A stretch of 64,000 nt of DNA from Camelus dromedarius (Eukaryota). Below the pieces are notes generated by a model. The model did no database searches and was not told where the DNA came from. It worked only from the letters and a program-made list of their open reading frames with translations. Each line of letters starts with the position of its first letter. Position 1 is the stretch's first letter. The stretch spans positions 15,500,001-15,564,000 of the forward strand of contig NC_087451.1 in NCBI RefSeq assembly GCF_036321535.1, written 5' to 3'. This document shows, one piece after another, positions 24,569-37,989 of this stretch. The position numbers were made by a program, and so were the translations under genes.

Positions 24569-25429
24569 GGAGTTGCTGTATTTCTGGCGTTTGTGGCCTC
24601 TCCAATAAGGCCCAGAGTAGGAATTTACTGCCCGCAAACCCCAGCCTTCCCCAGCCAGCATTATGCCCTCTGTACCACCTTGGCCCTCACTTCCCTTGAG
24701 TGAACTTGTGAAGGACTCAGACCTGTAGAAGCTGCTGCCCTGCCCTGCAGTGGATGCTGGGAGGGAGCATGATTAAACTCTTGGGCCCCCAAACACTTCA
24801 GCATCTTTTGTCTGTTAGACAAGAGGCAACTAATTGACAAACTTCACCAACTTCTCCAGCTCGGCAGGGCCTCGGGAGGCACACTCATCTAGCAACCTTT
24901 CTAACAAAGTTTCCCACTGAGACAGCCAGGGCCAGGATGGGAATGAGGTCCTTGCAAGTTCCACAAACAGAATCCTCTAATTAGTTCCCCAGTGAGAGTT
25001 CACCACCATGTGGCCTAGGGGCTGAGGGGAGACGGGGGACTTGCTGATTGCCTTCTGCATCTCTGCTAATAAGGCCAGAGGGAAGGGACTCCCAGAAAAG
25101 ATTTGCTTTCTTTTTGGCCCTTTAGTGAGAAAGAAACCAGACCTCAGAGAAGAGGCTGGAGGAGGCCAATTAGTGATGGATGGATTCAATGGTGTTGTTA
25201 ACAAGACTCATTAGGAAAGTTGTGGGTAGGGGGAAGGTGTGTTCAAAACGAGACTGTCTGGGCATGAGCCTCAGCCTCCTTGCAAACACTGGCCTCCATT
25301 TCTTCACTTTTTGTCTGACTTTTGGCATTGTGTTATTCCTCTCTTCTTCATACCCCAAAGCTCTCCCGTTCTTCCCTCCTCCTCCCATCACAGCCTGGTT
25401 TTTCTCAATCCTATATTAAATAAATGTGC

Positions 25430-26480
25430 CTGCTTCGTTGTTTATAATGGTTATATCATTTTATAACTGCATCAGGAATTCCTTAATCAACCCTATCTTG
25501 ACCCTTTATATTGTTTCCTGTTTTCCCCTATTAAATGCAAAGCTTTTATATCTCTTTGTATAGTTATTTCCTTGAATGGACCATAAGCATGTACATATTT
25601 TCAACACTTTCACGAATCTTGCTAAATTATCAACAAGACGGATTTTACCATTAGACTTTCTGCCAACTCAGTGTGAAAGGGCCACTTTCCTAACCTTAAC
25701 CAACTCTAGGTGTTGTGTTCCCACAACTGTTCCCAATAACTTGAAGAATCCTTTTGTCAAATAGTTAATGTGTTTGTACCCTTGTACACTTGTTTCTGCT
25801 TCTGAACTTTATATTCTGGTACACTATTCTGTATTTGTGCCACATTTCAATAGCTGTAGCTTTAGAATCTGTATCCACGTCTTATGTGAATGGAAACCAC
25901 ATTCTCACATCACATGCTAATTACTCTCTTTCCTCCCAAATGTACTTGATTAGTTTCACGTGTTTCCTCTTCCAGTTTAACTGTGCAATCACTTTTCTTA
26001 TTGGAATCATCCACCATTTGGATTTTAATTAGAATGTGTTGAGTTTATAGATAATTTGGGGATGATTGGCAGCTCTACAATATTAGATCTTTCCAGGTAG
26101 GGACATGGTATGGCCTGTCCACTTATTCAACTGTTATTTCTAAAGGAGAATTTTGAAGGTTTTAAAAAATGAGAGTTTCCACATTTCTGTTGATTTTTCT
26201 AAATATATAATAGTTTTTATACTATTACGAAGTGGATTTTTTTTATGAAGTGGTTATTTTGATACGAGATATGAGTATTTTAGGACTCAATAAATATTGT
26301 TAAACTATTTACCAACAGAAAGGTGACAGCTTAGTCTCCATTTAAAAATGATCCAGTCTATTTGACCATATCATCACAAATATTAATTATTTTTAATCAT
26401 TTCTAATTTGAGAAGCAAAAAATGAAATAAAAGAGCATTTTATTTTATTAACTAGTATACTCAGTACAAGAAATAAATTT
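25430..26480 (-). mobile_element. Old L1 (L1ME-type) fragment
   Basis: gagtttatagataatttggggatgattggcagctctacaatattagatc and related minus-strand ORF2 motifs. Confidence 0.65.
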
Positions 26481-26899
26481 ATTGATGGTATCCAAGGGAA
26501 AGAGAAATGCAGTTTGTATTCACTGAAAAGCCATTCTGCACTCCACAGTAAGTAAAATGTAAATAAATGCATAAAGACTTATCAATTTGAATATATATCC
26601 AAAGTATTAGACTTTCTGGGAGACCAGACTCAGTTTAGCTGTGTTCATACTTGAAATGTCCTCTTAACTCTTCCTCCTCCTAAACTAGACGGAGTTCTCC
26701 CCAAGATCAAGAATTTATGTATTATTTCTTAAAACTTCCCCAGAACCCAGCACACGGCAGCCAACAATAAATATTTATAAATGAACACATGCTATATTCC
26801 TCCTCACTCCTACCCTACCCCCCCAACTCACCTCCTCCTCGGAAAAGCCAGTTTGAACTCCACCCCTTTGATTGTGTTCTACATCCTATGTGAAGATAA

Positions 26900-27238
26900 T
26901 GTAAAAAATTATTGAAAGAAACCTCAATTAGAGTTAGGAAACCAGACAGGGGAGCTCTCATGCACTGAGCTGATAGCAGAGCGCAATAGAAAGAGGAAAG
27001 ACTCCTCTTTTTTCCTGGCAAGGACTCAGCCAATGAAAAGCACAGACTCTTTGTTTATTACAGCCCTCCTAAGTTCCCTTCTCCCCTCTATGAAAGCCTT
27101 CTCCTTCCCTTGTCCCGAGGGGCTTTTAGCACATGGCGTACCATAGTTGCAGATCCCGAATTGCAATTCTCTGTTGATTCCAAATAAACCTGTCTTAGCT
27201 GGAGAAATATCTGGGAATCTATTTGTTTGAAGTCAACC
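26900..27238 (+). mobile_element. ERV1-class solo LTR (same family as 32250-32569)
   Basis: TG start; ends gtcaacc; TSD ataa (26896-26899 and 27239-27242); CCAAT box and AATAAA at 27183-27188. Confidence 0.82.
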
Positions 27239-28108
27239 ATAATTATACAAACAACTAGAGATTGACCCTGGGTTAAACTACAGACATGTTTTCTGACATC
27301 TGTGTCTACTTGCATTGCTCTTTTCATCTCCAAACCCCAACTGATCATTTAGGTCCCAGAAAGCAAAGCTCATGCTTCCTTATATGAAAATTTAATGCTA
27401 AGCCAGTAAGAATGTGACTTATTGGCCAAAATAGGCTCACTTTACCCTACCCAATGATTTACTTTGGAGAATGCTAAGGTATTAATATGCTTCTTCTTGC
27501 TTTCATTACTGCCATGCATGACAGATAAAAATTAATAGAAAACATGGGTCTTTTCTGCCTTCCAATCCCGTGTTATGAGGGAAACTAAGACACAGACTCA
27601 ACAATTTGACTTCTAGGGAGACAAAGGGGATAAAGAAAGAGTTTGGAAAGAGTACATGCAGGGCTGTCAGCACTGTGTTGGACACCATAGTGTTCATTTG
27701 GTCAAAGTTTGCTCAGCCTGTATCGCCCATCTCCCCTTCTTAACAGTAGTCTAATTTTCATCATGACTCACCCACCCTGATGCAGGGCATACGCTTTGGC
27801 AGAAAATAAGTCCCTACTCACCCACCCCCTTGCCTTTTGATTGGTTCAGGGAACCAAGCCCCAACCAGCACTTGAAACTCTCTCCTGTCACCAATGGCAG
27901 CCTATCTAATCAAAAGAGAGGTTTGTGATCCGACTTTGTCCAGGGACCTTTTCTCATCCTAATGCATGACTGAAAATATATCTTAGTGTTCTTCCCCTTG
28001 TTGTATTGTTTTGTTTTTCCATTCAACAATATGTAGGCAATCTTGGCATATCAATACATACACAACTTGATTTCTGGCTGCTTGGTGTTGCCCCTGATTT
28101 TAGTAACT

Positions 28109-28668
28109 TGTTGTATAACTGAGCCAGATATGGCCTCTGTGTATTGGCCCCTGGGTGGTTTATGTCTTCACTTTAGGCTGAGACCTGTCAGCTCAAAAGC
28201 CTCACACATCAAACTCAAATTTTTACACACTCAAATATTTTTTAAAATAGCCCCAAGAGGAGATTTTCTGCCATTTTGAGCCTGCTAGCTTTGCAAACCA
28301 GGCAAAACCTCATCTCACCCAACAGCTGCCAAGCGTACCTAAGATAGCCTTGTGGTTATAGGACCCAAGCCACCGCTGCTCCTCAGAGCTCTCTGACCTA
28401 GAAACTCCTTACTGTGCTGCTAAGAAACATTACCTAGACAAAAGTCTCTTCTTGAATTCCTCTCTCCTTTGGGAGTTCTCCCTTTTCCTTCTGGGTAGCA
28501 ATCCCAGGGCTGGTGCAGTAGCCTCTGACCAGTTTCTGGCTGTAAGAGATGACCCTGCATGCAAACCTGTCAAAGCTTCACACAATCAAGCTCGTACCTG
28601 CGACTGCCACCTTGTGGTTATATCTTTTTTTTTCTTGATGAATCCCCAAATCCCTCAAATACTGTACA
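28109..28668 (+). mobile_element. Probable ERV1-class (MER34/MER4-group-like) solo LTR
   Basis: Begins tgttgtataactgagccagatatggcc and ends ctgtaca; LTR-like composition. The TSD is not cleanly resolved (taac, offset by one base). Confidence 0.55.
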
Positions 28669-29299
28669 TAACCACATTCTGATTCCCCTTGGGTATCTCA
28701 CGGATTTCCAGTTCTTGGGTCTTGGATGAGGCTGCACCCCAGGCCAACCAGTGTCTTTTTCATCCAAGGTTATAGTTTTAGGGAAGTTCATGTAACCCAG
28801 GTTGGTCCAACCAGGGTGAATCCCAGACCTCATGCTGAGCCACATGGAGTGAAAATTCCTTGTCTCCCAAGAGAGTATATGGGATGAGCTGCTCCAGCAT
28901 CCATCTTGCCACCATGAGGAGAAAGCTTGTCAGTGGTCCAGGGGATCAAAGTCTCCATGACTCAATTTCTCTCTGCCTCTTAGAACTGCCTTTCTCTTTT
29001 TTGGCCTCATCCTCAAATGGGCTGAAGAAAAATGGTATACCCATTCTTCACAAGAAGAGTGAAAAGTCCATAAAAGTGAGGCAAGGGAGGATGGAATTGA
29101 GGAGACAGGTAGAAGGGAGATTTTGGAAGGATGGAAAGAAGGAAGGAAGCCACGGTGCTGCTGTGGATAGGATGATAAATTCAGTGGAATGAAAAGGCAA
29201 GTCATTAGAGGATTCTTCTCAGGAAGGTAATTAATAAGAGCCAGTGTAAGATTTAAAAAAAAAAAAATCATTCACCAATAGCTAGAGATCAACCAGTTA

Positions 29300-30920
29300 A
29301 GTAGCCTATTCACATCTATTGGCCCACAAGCCTCACCCTGTCACAGAACTTTCAATTATCTTTTTTAGAGCCTCTTCCTTAAATAATGAGGACAGCCAAA
29401 ATCATGTGAGAAAGGGCAATCACAAGATCAAAAGTGAGAGCAAAAAGGCGGAGCAGCATGCAGAATAAACAAAAAGAAGTAACATAGGGAGCAGAAGAAA
29501 AAGGAAATCATAATAAATATCCTTTGAAAATGAAGATTTTGAACTCATGAACTAAAACGAGACCATAAAAAGGAACAGTCAGATTCCAGAAAAGAGCTCC
29601 TGAAAATGAAAAATAGGATCACAGAAATTCATTTTGTTAGAGCAGGCAGATAGCTAGATATGAGCAGAGAAAGAGGGACACAGACCAAATGGCAGAAATT
29701 GGGCAGAAAGGAGGTGCACAGGCCAAATGCAGGAAACCACACATCATGTGAGCAGCAGGGATCCCTGGGAAGAGAAAGAAAAGCTGGAATCTTTGGGCTG
29801 ATAAGGGACCACACCTTTTGGCCTGGAAACCAACAAAGAGAGGTCAGAAAAGGCAGGAATTTCCAGTGTCCAAATGTAACCTTTTACTCATTATGCCCTC
29901 ATTTCAATAAAATTAGCCTTGCAGATCAGAATTACCCATCATGCACCGACTCCATGACTCTTCTGATCCAGACTAAATAAGGACAAAAATCCCTCCTCCC
30001 TTCGGGAAGGTGGAGTTGGGATGAAAACCAGGGAATACGACCCCAAACCCTTCCCTCCCCAGTGAATATTCCGCCCATTCATTTTTACACCCTATGTAAC
30101 TAACTTGCCAAAGAAACTCAGGGCAGCTGCTTACCTAAGCCTGCCCGCTCTCCCCTGAGAGTGTACCATCCATCCTTTAATAAATCCTCACTTTAACTTT
30201 TTAACCTCTAAGTCTTGTCTCTGAATTCTTTCTGGGATGGGACAAGAACCTGGAACACCAGTTGCACCTATTGGGGCCAATTTAATCAAAAGAAGGACTG
30301 GAAAATAAAGTTGAGGAAGTTTCCCAGACAGTAGGAAGAAAAGGGAAAAAATGATGGAAAGGAGAAGAGAAAGATACTTTGAAGGAGGACCAGAAGTTTC
30401 AACATGTGACTAATAAAAATTTCCTAGAGAGTGGGGAGCAGAAAAATTATCGTGGTAACAGTTTTTAAATTTTTCCATAACTGAGTAAAATAGCAGATTC
30501 AAAGCACAATGGATTAAAGTAGGTCCACCCCAAGGCAATCATTGTGAAATTTCAAGTCCCTGGGGATGGGGGAAGGGACCTGTCAGTTCTCATGCAAAAC
30601 ATAAGGAGTCAAACCGACTTCCACTTCTCACAGTGCCAAGCTAGCCTTCCTCTGAGGACAATTATAAAAGCTGGGCAAAATATTTAAAATATATTCTTAA
30701 ACATATTACAGAGCTATTGAAAAAAAAAGGGGGGGGGGAGAACTGACAAGACAGGACCCAGAGGAAGATGAAGGCACACAGGGATGAGCCCACCGAGGCT
30801 TTTTCCCTGGAGACCTTTGGCAGCAGACAGATTGAAAGGCTGCAAATCCATGATCTCTCCAATTCAACTTTAGGGACTGAGATAATTTGGAGCTGTGCTA
30901 GACAGTCCCTGCAAGGACCT
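29300..30920 (+). mobile_element. HAL1/L1 ORF1-like relic, interrupted by an LTR
   Basis: gttgaggaagtttcccagacagtagg, ccaaggcaatcattgtgaaatttcaag and gacttccacttctcacagtgccaagctag resemble the HAL1 ORF1 consensus. Confidence 0.65.
29635..30279 (+). mobile_element. ERV1-class solo LTR
   Basis: TG...CA termini; TSD attt (29631-29634 and 30280-30283); AATAAA at 30179-30184. Confidence 0.85.
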
Positions 30921-31026
30921 CTGTACTGTTAGTTCACCCTTTACTGTTAGAATGTAGACATACAGTCCTGTCATCTGTTGGTTAAACCTGCCTCCCTTAA
31001 AATGAGAGGTGTCCTAGAGTAAACCA

Positions 31027-31180
31027 GTGTTGCTTGTGCATACAGTGTGCATATTCTTATTTAAATCTTAGAGCAGATTCTGAGTTGGCAGGTCTGGGGT
31101 GGGGCCTGAGATTCTGCATTTCTAAAAAGCTCCAAGTGATGCCAATATTGCTGGTCTGTGGACCACACTTTGGGTAGTGC
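31027..31180. mobile_element. MER5A (hAT-Charlie) DNA transposon fragment
   Basis: ggtctggggtggggcctgagattctgcatttctaaaaagctccaagtgatgcc...ggaccacactttg. Confidence 0.85.
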
Positions 31181-31262
31181 AGCTAAGCGTTTTCCCTTTC
31201 TTCTGTAACTTGGCATTTCCCTGCCTTGAGAACCTTCCAGGTCTCTTTAACAACCAAAGTTC

Positions 31263-31871
31263 TGATGCAGGAAAAACGGATGTGGGGCGTGAGAAGGGCC
31301 GTGTCCCAGGATTTGGTTGAGCCCCTGGGACGTGCCCCACCAAGTGTGGGTCCTTGGCTTCGCAAAGGAAAGAATTCAAGAGTGAGCCACAGTTGAGTAA
31401 AGGTAGATTTATTCAGAGAGATACATTGAAAGGCAAAAGAAAGGCCATGAGGTGTGGGGTTGGGTGCTCAGATTAAAAGTAGGTACACACTCCATAGACA
31501 GAGTGTGCGCAGTCTCAGAAGAGGGAGAGAGAGAGGGGTTGCAAGTTTTTATGGGCTTGGTGGCTTCATATGCTAATAAGTGGAAGGACCAGTCTAACCT
31601 GGGGAAGGGGCTGGGATTCCCAGAAAGTTGGCCATTTCGCACTCTTTGACCTTTTGTAGCTAGCCTTGGGACTGTCATCTTGCCTGTGGGCGTGTTATTT
31701 ACCATGTTAATATATTACAGTGGGCGTATAATGAAGCTCAAGGTCTGCCAGAAGTCAAATCTCCCACCATCTTGAGCCTCAGGGCCTACTGGGGGTTGAA
31801 TCTTCCACCATTTTGATGTTAATTGCTGTATCTTTCCTTGAATGGCTGTGCCCGGCCCCCTTCTTGTCTCA
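31263..31871 (-). mobile_element. ERV1-class solo LTR
   Basis: TG...CA termini; TSD gttc (31259-31262 and 31872-31875); AATAAA on the minus strand at 31413-31408. Confidence 0.9.
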
Positions 31872-32249
31872 GTTCTACCCTGAATTTCTCTCTCCAGACA
31901 TTCACAAATTTTTTTCTGTTCCAATTAATATTTCCAACTACCAATAAAATTAAGGAAATTAGAGGAAGATTACTACACATCCACCAGAATGGCTAAAGTT
32001 AAAAACTGACGATACTGAATGTTGACAAAGACACAGCAGCTAGAATCTCTTATGCTGGTGGGAAGAGATGGTGCGAATGCACATTGTTACAACATCTTTG
32101 AAGAGCAGTCTGTCAGTATCAGTAAAGATGAAAATAAGCATTATTCATGATAGCCCGTTGAAAATCCAAATGCCCATCATCATTAGAATAGAAGAATATA
32201 CTGTTGTATATTAATACAATAGAGTGTAATATAGCCATGAACATGAACT

Positions 32250-32569
32250 TGTTAAAAATTTGTAAACAGAAACTTCATTTAGATAGAGTTGGTTGACCAG
32301 AAGGGGGAGCTCCCCTGCTCTGAGATGACAGCAGAACCCAACAGGAAGAAGAGACTCCTCTTCCTCCCTGGCAAGGACTCAGCCAATGAAATCCATAGAC
32401 TCTTTGTTTGCTACAGCCCTCCAAACTTCCTTTTCCTCCTTATAGAAGCACTCTCCTTCCCTTGCTGTGGGGGGACTTGAACATGGCTCTCTATGGTTGC
32501 AGACCTTAAATTCTCTGCTGATCTCAAATAAACCCATCTTTGCTGGAGTTAATTTGTTTTAGGTCAACA
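32250..32569 (+). mobile_element. ERV1-class solo LTR (same family as 26900-27238), inserted in an old L1 fragment
   Basis: TG...CA termini; near-TSD aact/aacc; shares ctggcaaggactcagccaatgaaa...agactctttgttt with the 26900 copy. Confidence 0.82.
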
Positions 32570-32939
32570 AACCAAACCAACACCTGAATATCTGGAAGAC
32601 TCTTGGAAGCATGGTGTTAAGGATAAGAGAATATATATTACGAAAATTCCATACAAATGTGGACCCCAGGAGAGAGTGTTCAACTGGTTTGTCCTGGATC
32701 CTGAGTCCACTCCTTAGCCAGGGGAAAACCTGGCAGTGGGATTCAGATCATTATAGTTGTCTACAAAGGAGAGGAAAATGACACGAAAAGAAACCAGGGT
32801 AGAAAATTAAAAGAGAATGAATGCTAAGTAGGAAAAAAAATGTCCATTATACTCTTCTCCTTATCTTTTAATTCATCATTTCTAATTGTTATTTTTTTCT
32901 TGTCATTTTTCTGTAATCCTTTCTGCAGATCTTCTAGAT

Positions 32940-33083
32940 CTTGCTACTCAAAGTGTGGTCTGCAACCCAGCAGCATCTGCCTTATGTGAAAGCTTGTTGG
33001 AAATTCAGTCACAGTCCCTCCCCAAACCTACTAAATCAAAATCTGCATTTAAACAAGATCCCCCATATGATGTATATGCATGG
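32940..33083. mobile_element. MER5A fragment
   Basis: ctactcaaagtgtggtctgcaacccagcagcatc...aatcaaaatctgcatttaaacaagatcccc. Confidence 0.8.
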
Positions 33084-33513
33084 TGTGAAAGGAAAATACA
33101 GTTGGTATTGCTAAGAGAACTCTCTAAAATAGAGGCAGGAGGCCATTGAGGAAGTGTTACTTATGCACATCTCAGGCCAGATGGAATCTGAACTTTGACC
33201 ATTTATTGTCCTAATGCAGACATCCAGAACATTTACTCAATGTTCCAGAAATTCAGAATACTTATCGGACCCTTATCCTAAATAACTCATAACAAACTAT
33301 CCCATAAATACAAATATTTCCTTTCTTACATCAGAATCAATCATAATTCTTGCCAGACAACTTCAGCAAACTTGTGGCTTTTGCCTTTATTAGCCCCTGA
33401 CTTTTTCTCTTCCCTGGAACATTCTTCCATTTTACCCGAATCTGTGTCTCCCGAATTGCAAATCCTAAGACCTTAAACTCTTATTTGTGACCTTCTGTAT
33501 TTCTTGGTCGACA
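33084..33513 (+). mobile_element. ERV1-class solo LTR
   Basis: TG...CA termini (ends ggtcgaca); TSD atgg/acgg, one CpG-type difference; shares cccgaattgcaa with the 26900 family. Confidence 0.78.
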
Positions 33514-36499
33514 ACGGTAAAGACGGCCAAGTTTCAAATGGTAAAATTCTAGAAGTTGGTTCTAGAGTCTTAATTCAGTTTTCTACAGTGATAAACCTAG
33601 TTCTTTTCTTCAAAAATTGAGGAGGGTTTTTTTCCCAAGAACCATTTGTTGTTGAGACCCTATCTTTGCAAACTTCTCTTGATTTAACAAAACAAGGTCT
33701 TCCGGATCTCATCGAGAACATGCCTTAGAAATTTTGAGCACTCTCTTGTGTCCTCCATTAAATCGGTTCCTATGAGAACCATGTATTCAGATGATTCAGT
33801 TTGGATCTCCCTCCTAGCTGTCTACTAACCTTCATTTGTTGATTCCTGCCTGTAAGAGTCCCCACTTAAAGCACTGGAAGCAAGTTCCCTAAGCTTCTAT
33901 GTAGGTCTAGCTTCAGGGGGTCATGGGTGGGGTGGGGTGGTAGTGAGATGCAAGCTGATAGGCTGATAACGCCTCCAAAGAGCAGTATGGGGAAGTCCTC
34001 TGTGTTTTCAGTATTATCCTCCGGTCAAAACCTCAGCTCCTGGCTTTGGGCTTTGCATGACCCCAGGGCGGGGAGCATGGCCCTTGGGTAGGTCTGAGAA
34101 TGGTAGGACCTGCTCTGTAATAGCTTCTCTTTCCATACATTTACACTTACATTACCACTCTTTTGTACCCCCCTTTTGTAAACCCTGTGAGATGGAGTCA
34201 TTCTTTTAGAGCCTCCTCATTTTCCCTGTCCCAGACTTCTAAAACTTTGAAATTTAGCACTCCCAGGACATCATAAAGGCAGGAACTTCTGGGTCTAGTA
34301 CAAATCTCTCACGGGCAAATGGTGAGTCTGTATTCCAGGTGGATATCACTGAGCCCTGTCAGCTGGGTTTAAGTTCCCATTAAGAATTTTGTCAAACTGT
34401 ATGTAAATCTTTTATTGGCTCCACCAGTATCAATCACTCAATAATAGGAACATAGCAACATGTACAGTATTACAGAGTTTCTGTCCTAGTCTCACTGGCT
34501 GTCCATAGATTATTTTGATGACTATTTTCTAATTATTTAGGTAAAGAAAGGCGATTGTGGGAAATAGGAACTATTATTTTTAGAGGAAATTGTTCCACCG
34601 TAGCTGTAGGTTCAGTATGTTTGTGGGAGGAACGAGTTCTGGATCTTCCTGCTTCACTTTTTTGAACCAGAACCCTAAGGGCTATTATTTTTAAAATAAA
34701 AAGAACAAAATAGCTATAATCCTACTATTATTATTCCAGTATACTATCGTCCAGTCTTTTTTCCCCCAATGTTACTGAGATATAATTGACATATACATTC
34801 TTTTTTTCTTAAAAAAAAAAAAACAACTGATTAACTCAGATGTCAGCCAGACCCTTTTGATTTAGAGATCCAGATAAAATTGCCTTGAACTTTCAAACTT
34901 TCAAAGACCACAGCCAGGGCAAGTTTCAAGTCCTCCACAAAACTTCTGAGGCTTCCTGGAAAACTTTACAAAATCCTGACTTCCCCTGAGGTTCTGCTTA
35001 AGATTAACACAAACTAATGTGATATCCTCTTTACAAAATAGTAGCAATGCTAATAATTGTGCTTAGAGTGTAATTTTTCACTTTGGTACTTTGGAAGGAA
35101 ATATTAAAATTTTTTATTTATTTATTTTTATAACATAGAAATATAAAATAGGTACATACAGGTGTATTTGTATTATTGTTATAATAATAGAAATATTATA
35201 TAAAATCTTAAAATAAAAATATTTGTATTACTAATAAATACATTATTAAATTATAAAAATTTAAAATATTATATATATTTCTTTTTGTGTTCATGCAATG
35301 GACATGCGATGTTATTTAATCATTCTAATTTTAACATAGTACATATTTAGAAATTACTCCACAAATCAACTCAAATCAATGCAAAACTTGATGATAATCA
35401 TTTTATGTTTATTCATTTTTCTGAGAATTATAACTATGCTAATATACATACAGAACTTATATTAAATGGTTTACACAAAAGAGAAAGTGCAAACATTAAA
35501 TGTCCTGTTTTATGGCTTATTGCTTTTCAGGTGCAAAACCCAACACAGGCTGAGACGCTGATTTAGAGTTGGCTGCTCTGTGCTGGAAACAGGCAGGTAA
35601 ATCCATGAGCACAGCTACACTGCTTGTGATTGTAGAGAAATGTACTTAACAGTCAAAGGAAATAAAAATAGTTTTCTATTTTCCACAGAAGCAAAAAAAC
35701 AAGAAAAGAAAAATTAATACTAAAAGTCATAATAGCACTTCACAGTGGGGAGAAGGCACATCCAGCCATTGCTGATGGCTGTGTAATTAGTAAAAAGCTT
35801 GCTTGATGGCTTTCTTCTCCACATTTGCTGTCGCAGAAATGTTCACCTCTTCGACCCTGGATTTTTTCTCTGGGGTCTTAGAAGCAGGAAGGGGAGAGAT
35901 AGCATCCTCTGAGCACACAGGGCCAGTGCAAGTGCCACCACGCAGAGGAGTGTCTACCTCAATTCTAGACTCCCAGACTCCTCCATTCCCTTTCTCCCAG
36001 TCTTTCTAGCAGGGTAATGGAGTGGTCCTCACAGGGCCAGTGGGTGCAGAGGTCACTGTAGCTCTCCGTGCAGTTTCCTGGATAATTAATTAGTGGGTGA
36101 TCCCTCTGCTCCCAGCCCTCATTCCATTCCTCACACTTTTGGCTATTGAGGTAAACCTTCCTCTCAGGGGCATACCTGCTTTAACTCCCTTGCTAGAAGC
36201 ATATCAGCCTCTGGTATGTCGTGCAGAGGGCAGAGCCTGTTTATGCTCACAGGTAAGTGGTCAGGCAGGAGACTTGCTGGGAGGGAATGGCATAATCAAG
36301 GGTGGGAAAGCAAAGTGAGAAAATCAAGTATCTGAGTGAGAGAAATGAGAAGTAACAGCCAATGTGTCCCTGGTGCTTGAGTACCTGCCTGACATAGGAA
36401 AGGTACAGCAGGTAAGATCATTATTTAAGAAAAATGAAAGAGAAGTTAGCAAAGGAAAGCAGAGGAGGGGAGGAAGCCCTTCAAATAAAAGGGCTCATC

Positions 36500-37061
36500 C
36501 TGTGACTTGATGAATAAGTTGTGGTATCTTTATACAATGGAATACTACTCGGCCATAAAAAAAATNNNNNNNNNNNNNNNNNNNNNNNNNNNNNNNNNNN
36601 NNNNNNNNNNNNNNNNNNNNNNNNNNNNNNNNNNNNNNNNNNNNNNNNNNNNNNNNNNNNNNNNNNNNNNNNNNNNNNNNNNNNNNNNNNNNNNNNNNNN
36701 NNTTTACAAGACAGAAACAGACCCACAGACATAGAAAAACAAACTTATGGTTACTGGAGGTGGGAAGAGGGTGGGAAGGGATAAACTGGGAGTTCAAGAT
36801 TTGCAGATACTAACTACTATACATAAAACAGATAAACAACAAATTCATACTGTACAGCACAGAGAACTATATTCAATATCTTGTAGTAACTTATGGTGAA
36901 AAAGAGTATGAAAATGAATATATGTGTGTTCCTATATGACTGAAGCATTATGCTGTACACCAGAAATTGACAAAACATTGTAAACTGACTATACTTCAAT
37001 AAAAAAAATTTATATATATATATATATATATATATATCTCCACACACACACAAAAAAGAAG
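36500..37061 (+). mobile_element. Young 5'-truncated L1 3' UTR with the tail converted to (TA)n(CA)n
   Basis: 12-bp TSD aaagggctcatc (36488-36499 and 37062-37073); aataaa at ~36998-37003 followed by A, TA and CA runs. Confidence 0.9.
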
Positions 37062-37339
37062 AAAGGGCTCATCTTGGGTTAAAACTGCAGTTGCAGAGGA
37101 AGTTATTTGGGGCACCATGGAGAGAAGAATCTGGGCTGACCAGCAAGAGATTGGGGTCAAGGAATTGCATAGAAACTCCCAGAACTCAGAGTGCTGGGGG
37201 CCACCACCCACTCCCCAGTCTGTTACGGCAGGTGGAGACCTAAGGCAACAGACAGGAAGGAGGGAGTTGTTGGTTTTATGTACAGGCTCCTTCGTGGTCT
37301 CAAGTGCCTGGGACGTTCCGTGGAGGTCTCTTTGTGCCT

Positions 37340-37625
37340 CTGGCATTTTTGTGTGTGGGGGTGGGTCTGTGTCTGGGTCTTCATGTGTATGTGGCGTGTA
37401 TGTATATGGGTGGATCTGTGAGTGAATCTGTGTATGTGTCTATCCTGGGTGTAAATGACCGCAAGCAGGTGTCTACATGTGCCTACATGTGCCTAAATAT
37501 GCATATTCCCGTCCTAGTGGGTGTGAGTGTATCTCTGGCATGTGTGTGTGTCTGGATTTATCAGGCTGTGTCTATGTCGGTGGGTAGGCTTGTATCCCCG
37601 TGTGCCTCTGCGTCTTGGTGCATCT
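37340..37625 (+). repeat. Degenerate GT-rich low-complexity tract
   Basis: Imperfect gtgt/atgt/tctg units. Confidence 0.7.
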
Positions 37626-37989
37626 AAGTGTTTCCTACAAAGGTGACCTTCTTCATATAAGATTTAGGGCTGCAAGCTGCCTAAGAAATGGGGTTTCTGA
37701 TCCTAGATCCTAAGTATCTCTGCCTCATTTGATGACCTTAAGTGAATTTTTCCTATCCATTTCAAAGTAGACACTGCCATGCCCGGACTTCAGGAAAGGG
37801 CTCTAGGTTGACAACATCCACTTAGCATCCAGGGAAATAAGCCCTGTGCCAGGTATCTCATGGGGAGCCAACTGAAGCTCGTCAATATATCTCCCATTAC
37901 CAAAAGTGTTTAGGGGCTGGGTAGGGGAGGAAATTGACATTTATTAAGCACCTACTATTTTCTAAGTGAAGAGATTACATAACTTCTCT

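Noticed and set aside
35531-35596. 66-nt segment with a good acceptor and donor (ttttcag|...cag|gtaaat)
   Set aside because: An isolated pseudo-exon in AT-rich, probably transposon-derived sequence, with no partner exons. It would need RNA evidence.
36075-36100. ataattaattag double homeodomain site
   Set aside because: No good O/E partner nearby and no adjacent OR start.
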